Below, one piece after another: positions 56,822 to 64,000 of a DNA stretch of 64,000 nt. The first letter of the stretch is position 1, and each line of letters starts with the position of its first letter. The notes beneath the pieces are model-generated. The model was given only the letters and a program-made list of their open reading frames with translations. It did not search any database and was not told where the DNA came from. Location: the NCBI RefSeq assembly GCF_030384885.1, contig NZ_CP128613.1; one strand, given 5' to 3'. Source of the stretch: Escherichia coli. GTDB lineage: Bacteria > Pseudomonadota > Gammaproteobacteria > Enterobacterales > Enterobacteriaceae. The position numbers and the translations under genes are program-made.

Positions 56822-57403
56822 ATGCGTCTGTGTGACCGAGATATTGAAGCCTGGCTTGATGAAGGCCGTTTGTCGATCAACCCACGTCCGCCAGTGGAGC
56901 GTATTAATGGCGCGACGGTGGATGTGCGCCTGGGCAATAAATTTCGTACCTTCCGTGGTCACACGGCAGCGTTTATCGATCTGAGCGGTCCCAAAGATGA
57001 AGTGAGCGCCGCGCTCGATCGAGTGATGAGCGATGAAATCGTGCTCGACGAGGGCGAGGCGTTTTATCTCCATCCGGGAGAGCTGGCGCTGGCGGTGACG
57101 CTGGAGTCGGTGACGCTGCCAGCCGATCTGGTGGGATGGCTGGACGGTCGTTCCTCACTGGCGCGTCTGGGGCTTATGGTGCACGTCACCGCGCACCGTA
57201 TCGATCCGGGCTGGTCTGGCTGCATTGTGCTGGAGTTCTACAACTCCGGTAAGCTGCCGCTGGCGCTGCGTCCGGGCATGTTAATTGGTGCGCTGAGCTT
57301 TGAGCCGCTTTCCGGCCCGGCGGCGCGACCTTACAACCGCCGTGAAGATGCGAAATATCGCAACCAGCAGGGCGCGGTAGCCAGCCGAATCGATAAAGAC
57401 TAA
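56822..57403 (+). CDS. dcd: dCTP deaminase
   Basis: 193 aa; [17 protein letters not shown]. Confidence 0.93.
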
Positions 57404-57424
57404 TTCAGGCCCATTGAGGATACC

Positions 57425-59278
57425 ATGAGACGATTTCTGACGACGCTGATGATACTCCTGGTCGTGCTGGTGGCCGGGTTATCTGCGTTAGTGTTGCTGG
57501 TGAATCCGAATGATTTCCGCGACTATATGGTCAAGCAAGTTGCTGCACGTAGCGGTTATCAATTGCAGCTCGACGGGCCACTGCGTTGGCACGTCTGGCC
57601 GCAACTTAGTATCCTCTCCGGGCGAATGTCTCTCACTGCCCAGGGCGCGAGCCAGCCACTGGTTCGCGCAGACAACATGCGTCTGGACGTGGCGCTTTTA
57701 CCACTGCTGAGTCATCAACTGAGCGTTAAGCAGGTGATGCTAAAAGGGGCAGTGATCCAACTGACGCCGCAGACGGAAGCGGTACGCAGCGAAGATGCCC
57801 CGGTTGCACCGCGCGACAATACCTTGCCGGATCTGTCAGACGATCGCGGATGGTCGTTTGATATATCCAGTCTTAAGGTGGCGGACAGCGTGCTGGTGTT
57901 CCAGCATGAAGATGACGAGCAGGTGACAATCCGTAATATCCGCCTGCAAATGGAACAAGATCCCCAACATCGTGGTTCATTTGAGTTCTCCGGGCGGGTT
58001 AATCGCGATCAGCGCGATCTCACGATATCCCTTAACGGTACGGTAGATGCTTCTGATTATCCGCATGATTTAACGGCGGCTATTGAACAAATTAACTGGC
58101 AGTTGCAGGGTGCCGATTTACCAAAACAAGGTATTCAGGGGCAGGGGAGTTTCCAGGCCCAGTGGCAGGAGTCACATAAACGCCTTTCATTTAACCAAAT
58201 TAGTTTGACCGCCAATGACAGTACGCTGAGCGGGCAAGCACAGGTCACGCTGACAGAGAAACCGGAATGGCAGCTGAGACTGCAATTCCCGCAACTGAAT
58301 CTTGACAACCTCATCCCGCTTAAAGAAACAGCGAACGGTGAAAACGGTGCCGCGCAGCAGGGGCAGAGCCAATCAACATTGCCGCGCCCGGTCATTTCTT
58401 CGCGTATTGATGAACCCGCGTATCAGGGGCTGAAAGGCTTTGCGGCAGATATTTTGTTGCAGGCCAGTAACGTGCGCTGGCGCGGAATGAATTTTACAGA
58501 TGTTGCCACGCAAATGACCAACAAGTCGGGTTTGCTGGAAATTACTCAACTGCAGGGCAAGCTTAACGGTGGACAGGTTTCGCTGCCGGGCACGCTGGAC
58601 GCGACATCAATAAATCCGCGGATAATCTTCCAGCCACGGTTGGAAAACGTTGAGATTGGCACCATTCTGAAGGCGTTTAACTATCCGATTTCGTTGACCG
58701 GAAAGATGTCACTTGCGGGTGATTTCTCCGGTGCTGACATAGATGCCGACGCATTCCGCCACAACTGGCAAGGACAGGCGCATGTCGAAATGACGGACAC
58801 ACGTATGGAAGGGATGAACTTCCAGCAGATGATTCAGCAAGCGGTAGAGCGTAATGGTGGTGATGTGAAGGCCGCTGAAAACTTCGATAACGTGACGCGT
58901 CTTGACCGCTTTACCACCGATTTGACGTTGAAGGATGGCGTCGTGACGTTAAACGATATGCAAGGTCAATCGCCTGTGCTGGCGCTGACAGGGGAAGGCA
59001 TGTTGAATTTGGCAGATCAAACCTGCGACACCCAGTTTGATATTCGGGTCGTGGGTGGCTGGAACGGGGAAAGCAAACTGATTGATTTCCTCAAAGAAAC
59101 GCCAGTACCGCTGCGGGTTTATGGCAACTGGCAGCAACTTAATTACAGCCTGCAAGTGGACCAGCTGCTACGCAAACATCTCCAGGACGAAGCGAAACGT
59201 CGCCTGAATGACTGGGCAGAGCGGAATAAAGATTCCCGCAATGGCAAAGATGTGAAGAAGTTGCTGGAGAAGATGTAA
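57425..59278 (+). CDS. asmA: outer-membrane assembly protein AsmA
   Basis: 617 aa with N-terminal TM anchor. Confidence 0.9.
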   Translation: MRRFLTTLMILLVVLVAGLSALVLLVNPNDFRDYMVKQVAARSGYQLQLDGPLRWHVWPQLSILSGRMSLTAQGASQPLVRADNMRLDVALLPLLSHQLSVKQVMLKGAVIQLTPQTEAVRSEDAPVAPRDNTLPDLSDDRGWSFDISSLKVADSVLVFQHEDDEQVTIRNIRLQMEQDPQHRGSFEFSGRVNRDQRDLTISLNGTVDASDYPHDLTAAIEQINWQLQGADLPKQGIQGQGSFQAQWQESHKRLSFNQISLTANDSTLSGQAQVTLTEKPEWQLRLQFPQLNLDNLIPLKETANGENGAAQQGQSQSTLPRPVISSRIDEPAYQGLKGFAADILLQASNVRWRGMNFTDVATQMTNKSGLLEITQLQGKLNGGQVSLPGTLDATSINPRIIFQPRLENVEIGTILKAFNYPISLTGKMSLAGDFSGADIDADAFRHNWQGQAHVEMTDTRMEGMNFQQMIQQAVERNGGDVKAAENFDNVTRLDRFTTDLTLKDGVVTLNDMQGQSPVLALTGEGMLNLADQTCDTQFDIRVVGGWNGESKLIDFLKETPVPLRVYGNWQQLNYSLQVDQLLRKHLQDEAKRRLNDWAERNKDSRNGKDVKKLLEKM

Positions 59279-59296
59279 GTCATCCAGATGACATAT

Positions 59297-59336
59297 GCTG
59301 TAGGCCTGATAAGACGCGTAAGCGTCGCATCAGGCA
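59297..59336. repeat. REP element
   Basis: gctgtaggcctgataagacgcgtaagcgtcgcatcaggca. Confidence 0.75.
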
Positions 59337-59694
59337 ATCACGTAGATTACTTTCAGCAAATATGAATCATCTGTATAAGTAAGATACTTCAGCGAGGGTG
59401 TTGGTCCGGCTGTAAATCGCCGAATCGTTTCCTGTAGGCCGGGGCAGCCCACATGGATGTGGGCTGAGGGCGCGTTTTACAGGGATGTTACCTCGCGCCC
59501 GTACCCGATAGCCGAAAGGAATAAGATGAGGGGACCGCGCTAGCGGCGATTTACCGCCGGGAGCCCGGGTTGCCAGGGTGGTGGCGATTGAGCCACCCTG
59601 GCACGTTCACCGGCTTGAGCGTTCCAAAGTAGCGAGGAACATAAAGTGAACGGAACAGCCTCTAATGTCACATACTCTCCCGGTTGAATGAAAC

Positions 59695-59733
59695 GCCTGA
59701 TGCGACGCTTACGCGTCTTATCAGGCCTACATG
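59695..59733. repeat. REP element, inverted relative to the copy at 59297
   Basis: gcctgatgcgacgcttacgcgtcttatcaggcctacatg is the reverse complement of the 59297 copy. Confidence 0.75.
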
Positions 59734-59736
59734 CCA

Positions 59737-61320
59737 TCACACCTCGTACTCCATCTCGCCATCCTTACGCAGCGGAATAATCTGCACCTTCTGCACGCGA
59801 TGGCTTTCCACCTGCAACGTTTTAAGCAAATAATCCCCCACCTGAACTTCTTCGCCAGGTTTTGGAATACGCTGCAAATATTCCATCAACAGCCCGGCAA
59901 TGGTGTGATATTCACGTTTTTCATCCAGCGGCAGCGGCACATATTGCACCAGATCTTCCAGCGGCATATGACCATTCGCTGTCCATGAACCGTCGGCATT
60001 TTTCTGAATATCATGACGGGCATCGATCTCTTCCACTTCGTTTGGCAAGTTACCTGCAATGGTTTCAGTGACGTCACTTAATGTCACAATCCCTTCCACC
60101 GAGCCAAACTCATCCACCACAAAAGCAAAGTGTGTGCGGGCATTACGGAACTGCTCCAGGGCAGGTAACAACGGTAAAGTTTCCGGGAACACCAGCGGCT
60201 GGCGAATCAACACCCGCAGGTTGAGCGGTTCGCCGCGCAGTGACTGTTGTAACAGGTCGATAACGTGAACAACACCGAGCAAATCTTCTGCATCATCGCC
60301 GTCGGTAACGACCAGACGCGTGTGCTGATTTCGCTCCAGCAGCTGGCGGATCTCCTCTTCCGGCGCGTTGAGATCGATATGCTCAATATCGTGGCGCGAC
60401 GTCATAATGCTGCTGACAGTACGCTGGTTAAGATTAAGTACCCGCTCAATCATCCGCCGTTCCTGCGGATTAAAGATCTGCTGGTTACCATGATCCACCA
60501 GCATGGACGCGGTTTCGGCATCCAGTTCCGCATCTTCTTTTTGCCCGCTTAACAAGCGCATTACCGCTTCGGTAGTCCGCTGGCGCAGCGTCTGGTTAGC
60601 GGAAAGAAAACGTCGCCGGTTAAAGATAGCCAGTTGATTGAGCGCCTCGATCATCACCGAGAAACCAATGGCAGCGTACAGGTAGCCTTTCGGAATGACG
60701 AAGCCGAAACCTTCCGCCACCAGGCTAAAGCCAATCATCAACAGGAAGCTTAGGCAGAGAATAACGATGGTCGGGTGGCTATTAACGAACTGGGTTAACG
60801 GCTTGCTTGCCATCAGCATCAGGCTGATCGCGATAACCACGGCGGCCATCATGACCAGTAAATGGTCGACCATCCCGACGGCGGTAATCACCGAGTCAAG
60901 TGAGAAGATGGCGTCCAGCACCACAATTTGCGTCACCACGCCCCAGAACTTCGCACCTTTGCGTTGTGTGGGGTTATTGCTGTCTTTCCCCTCCAGCCGT
61001 TCGTTCAACTCCATCGTGGCTTTGAACAGCAGGAAGAAACCACCAAACAGCATGATTAAGTCGCGGGCACTAAAGGTAAACGAGCGGAAGCTGAACAGCG
61101 GTTGAGTCAGGGTGACCAGCCAGGAGATTGACGCCAGCAGTAACAGGCGCATTAACATCGCCAGCAGCAGCCCGGTAACCCGTGCGCGGTCGCGCTGCTT
61201 CGGCGGTAGTTTTTCGGCGAGGATGGCAATAAAGACCAGGTTATCAATGCCGAGGACCAGTTCGATCACAATCAGCGTGATTAACCCGGCCCAGATAGAC
61301 GGATCGGCAATCCATTCCAT
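59737..61320 (-). CDS. yegH: TerC-family membrane protein with CBS and CorC/HlyC domains
   Basis: Track ORF 59737..61386; start moved to [20 protein letters not shown] (527 aa). Confidence 0.88.
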   Translation of the reverse strand: MEWIADPSIWAGLITLIVIELVLGIDNLVFIAILAEKLPPKQRDRARVTGLLLAMLMRLLLLASISWLVTLTQPLFSFRSFTFSARDLIMLFGGFFLLFKATMELNERLEGKDSNNPTQRKGAKFWGVVTQIVVLDAIFSLDSVITAVGMVDHLLVMMAAVVIAISLMLMASKPLTQFVNSHPTIVILCLSFLLMIGFSLVAEGFGFVIPKGYLYAAIGFSVMIEALNQLAIFNRRRFLSANQTLRQRTTEAVMRLLSGQKEDAELDAETASMLVDHGNQQIFNPQERRMIERVLNLNQRTVSSIMTSRHDIEHIDLNAPEEEIRQLLERNQHTRLVVTDGDDAEDLLGVVHVIDLLQQSLRGEPLNLRVLIRQPLVFPETLPLLPALEQFRNARTHFAFVVDEFGSVEGIVTLSDVTETIAGNLPNEVEEIDARHDIQKNADGSWTANGHMPLEDLVQYVPLPLDEKREYHTIAGLLMEYLQRIPKPGEEVQVGDYLLKTLQVESHRVQKVQIIPLRKDGEMEYEV

Positions 61321-61788
61321 AGTAAGTACAAAACCTATTCGTTGTATGACAAATGTCACAATTCGATCATGGATAAATCGGGGCAAAAATGCAATGTTGC
61401 AGCACTATTTATCTCATATAATTTGAGGGTTATAACCTCACATTATCCCTGAATTAAAAGTGGCAATAATAAAACATTATTTAAGAAATATCGCATATGG
61501 AGACACTATATTAATTATTGTCAACCTAAAGAAAGTCCTAAAAAACATATTGATTGACACTTAATATAATTCTTAAAAATAGCCAATTGCCGAATTGTTA
61601 CCTTGCCTGCTATTCCGTTAGCTGTAACACTTCCTCCTGCATTATTGGAAGCCAATATTCAATTACCATAATGCCACCTTATATCTGGAAAATTAATTCA
61701 CGGAATAACGCTTTTTCATAATCGACTGCATGATGAAAGAGTTAGAAAATCTAAACTAAATCAGTGTATTGGTAGCTAAAAAGCCAGG

Positions 61789-61796
61789 GGCGGTAG
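61789..61796 (+). promoter_or_regulatory. ops element (GGCGGTAG) of the JUMPstart sequence in the wza leader; RfaH-dependent antitermination site
   Basis: GGCGGTAGCGTG present ~190 nt upstream of the wza ATG in a long untranslated leader. Confidence 0.75.
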
Positions 61797-61978
61797 CGTG
61801 TCTGGATGCCTGAAAGACCAGTCTGAATTATTCTGTCAATAGCCTGCGGATGAAATCAATTTTTTTAGGACTGATGCCAGTTAAATTTTTGTTCAATTAA
61901 CTGCAAGGTAAATGTGCATGGCGACATTGCTATTAATAGTGCACAGGATAATTACTCTGCCAAAGTGATAAATAAACA

Positions 61979-63118
61979 ATGATGAAATCCAAAATGAAAT
62001 TGATGCCATTATTGGTGTCAGTAACCTTGATAAGCGGTTGCACAGTACTTCCGGGCAGCAATATGTCGACGATGGGTAAAGACGTCATCAAACAGCAGGA
62101 TGCTGATTTCGATCTCGACAAAATGGTGAATGTTTATCCGCTGACCCCGCGCCTGATTGATCAATTACGCCCACGCCCGAACGTCGCGCGCCCCAATATG
62201 ACGCTGGAAAGCGAGATTGCCAATTATCAATATCGTGTCGGGCCGGGCGACGTTCTTAATGTCACCGTCTGGGATCACCCGGAACTCACCACGCCAGCTG
62301 GTCAGTACCGCAGCTCCAGCGACACCGGCAACTGGGTACAGCCTGACGGCACCATGTTCTACCCGTATATCGGCAAGGTTCACGTAGTGGGGAAAACGCT
62401 CGCTGAAATCCGCAGTGATATTACCGGGCGCTTAGCGACGTACATCGCTGACCCGCAGGTGGACGTTAATATCGCCGCCTTCCGCTCGCAAAAAGCGTAT
62501 ATCTCAGGTCAGGTGAATAAATCCGGTCAACAGGCGATCACCAACGTACCATTGACCATTCTCGACGCCATTAACGCCGCAGGTGGCCTGACCGATACCG
62601 CTGACTGGCGCAACGTGGTGCTAACACACAATGGTCGTGAAGAACGCATTTCTTTGCAGGCGCTGATGCAAAACGGCGACCTCAATCAGAACCGACTGCT
62701 TTATCCTGGCGATATTCTCTACGTGCCGCGTAATGATGATCTGAAAGTATTTGTGATGGGTGAAGTGAAAAAACAGAGCACCCTGAAAATGGACTTTAGC
62801 GGTATGACCCTGACTGAAGCCCTGGGCAATGCTGAAGGCATCGACATGACCACCTCCAACGCCAGCGGCATCTTTGTCATTCGTCCGCTGAAAGGCGAGG
62901 GTGGGCGTAACGGCAAGATCGCCAATATCTACCAACTGGATATGTCCGATGCCACGTCGCTGGTGATGGCGACAGAATTCCGCCTGCAGCCTTATGACGT
63001 GGTGTATGTCACCACCGCCCCGGTTTCCCGCTGGAACCGTCTGATCAATCAGTTGCTGCCAACTATTAGCGGTGTCCGTTACATGACGGATACAGCCAGC
63101 GACATTCATAACTGGTAA
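61979..63118 (+). CDS. wza: outer-membrane polysaccharide export lipoprotein Wza (colanic acid)
   Basis: 379 aa; lipobox signal (LISGC). Confidence 0.93.
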   Translation: MMKSKMKLMPLLVSVTLISGCTVLPGSNMSTMGKDVIKQQDADFDLDKMVNVYPLTPRLIDQLRPRPNVARPNMTLESEIANYQYRVGPGDVLNVTVWDHPELTTPAGQYRSSSDTGNWVQPDGTMFYPYIGKVHVVGKTLAEIRSDITGRLATYIADPQVDVNIAAFRSQKAYISGQVNKSGQQAITNVPLTILDAINAAGGLTDTADWRNVVLTHNGREERISLQALMQNGDLNQNRLLYPGDILYVPRNDDLKVFVMGEVKKQSTLKMDFSGMTLTEALGNAEGIDMTTSNASGIFVIRPLKGEGGRNGKIANIYQLDMSDATSLVMATEFRLQPYDVVYVTTAPVSRWNRLINQLLPTISGVRYMTDTASDIHNW

Positions 63119-63123
63119 TCGTC

Positions 63124-63567
63124 ATGTTTAACAACATCTTAGTTGTCTGTGTCGGCAATATTTGCCGTTCCCCGACGGCGGAACGCTTACTGCAACGTTA
63201 TCACCCGGAGCTGAAAGTGGAGTCCGCTGGACTCGGCGCGCTGGTTGGTAAGGGCGCTGATCCTACCGCTATCAGCGTCGCCGCAGAACATCAACTGTCT
63301 CTGGAAGGTCACTGTGCCCGTCAAATCAGCCGCAGCCTGTGTCGCAACTACGACCTGATTTTGACCATGGAAAAGCGCCATATCGAACGCTTATGCGAGA
63401 TGGCACCTGAGATGCGCGGCAAAGTGATGCTGTTTGGTCACTGGGATAACGAATGTGAAATCCCCGATCCGTATCGCAAAAGCCGGGAAACGTTTGCAGC
63501 GGTGTACACATTACTTGAACGGTCTGCCCGCCAGTGGGCGCAGGCATTGAACGCAGAGCAGGTATAA
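63124..63567 (+). CDS. wzb: low-molecular-weight protein-tyrosine phosphatase Wzb
   Basis: 147 aa; CVGNICRSP active-site motif. Confidence 0.93.
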   Translation: MFNNILVVCVGNICRSPTAERLLQRYHPELKVESAGLGALVGKGADPTAISVAAEHQLSLEGHCARQISRSLCRNYDLILTMEKRHIERLCEMAPEMRGKVMLFGHWDNECEIPDPYRKSRETFAAVYTLLERSARQWAQALNAEQV

Positions 63568-63569
63568 CA

Positions 63570-64000
63570 ATGACAGAAAAAGTAAAACAACATGCCGCTC
63601 CGGTAACGGGCAGTGATGAAATCGATATTGGTCGCCTGGTCGGCACCGTCATTGAAGCGCGCTGGTGGGTAATTGGCATCACCGCCGTATTCGCCCTCTG
63701 TGCCGTGATTTACACCTTCTTCGCTACGCCGATATACAGCGCCGACGCACTGGTACAAATTGAGCAAAGCAGCGGCAATTCGTTAGTGCAGGATATCGGC
63801 TCTGCGTTAGCCAACAAGCCGCCAGCATCGGACGCTGAGATCCAGTTGATTCGCTCGCGTCTGGTGCTCGGTAAAACGGTGGACGATCTTGACCTCGATA
63901 TTGCGGTGAGCAAAAACACGTTCCCGATTTTCGGTGCGGGCTGGGATCGCCTGATGGGACGTCAGAACGAGACAGTAAAAGTGACCACCTTTAACCGTCC
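63570..64000 (+). CDS. wzc: tyrosine autokinase / polysaccharide co-polymerase Wzc, N-terminal part; continues beyond the window
   Basis: ATG at 63570 followed by MTEKVKQHAAPVTGSDEIDIGRLVGTVIEARWWVIGIT; open to the window end. Confidence 0.85.
   Translation, partial: MTEKVKQHAAPVTGSDEIDIGRLVGTVIEARWWVIGITAVFALCAVIYTFFATPIYSADALVQIEQSSGNSLVQDIGSALANKPPASDAEIQLIRSRLVLGKTVDDLDLDIAVSKNTFPIFGAGWDRLMGRQNETVKVTTFNR

Noticed and set aside
59540-59740. 66-aa minus-strand ORF inside the REP-flanked GC-rich element
   Set aside because: Arg-rich, no RBS context noted, overlaps a REP copy; more likely non-coding.

Overview
Enterobacterial (E. coli-like) chromosomal segment, syntenic with the K-12 ~47 min region but in reverse orientation to K-12 numbering. 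Gene order by my reading: molR-like (5' part, runs off window) - metG - apbC/mrp - yehE - yehDCBA fimbrial operon - rcnB/rcnA/rcnR - TPP riboswitch-thiM-thiD - yegX - yegW - yegVUT - fbaB - gatYZABCD-gatR - yegS - yegR - CyaR sRNA - yegQ - a 466-aa repeat-protein gene I do not recognise - yegP - baeRS-mdtDCBA - three tandem ibs/sib type I toxin-antitoxin units - yegL/yegK/yegJ/yegI - yegD - alkA - dgcE(yegE) - udk - dcd - asmA - yegH - wza-wzb-wzc(start). No rRNA, tRNA, CRISPR array, transposase or integrase was seen. Gene names come from recognising translated proteins and motifs by memory, not from a database search. Starts were adjusted from the ORF track where the known protein begins at an internal Met/Val. 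Most worth a second look: (1) the yegL-yegK-yegJ-yegI (+yegD) vWA/PP2C/kinase/Hsp70-like module next to the ibs/sib array; (2) the low-GC 466-aa alpha-helical repeat gene between yegQ and yegP; (3) the yegX/yegW/yegVUT transporter-hydrolase-kinase cluster; (4) a ~360-bp GC-rich element bracketed by inverted REP copies between asmA and yegH.
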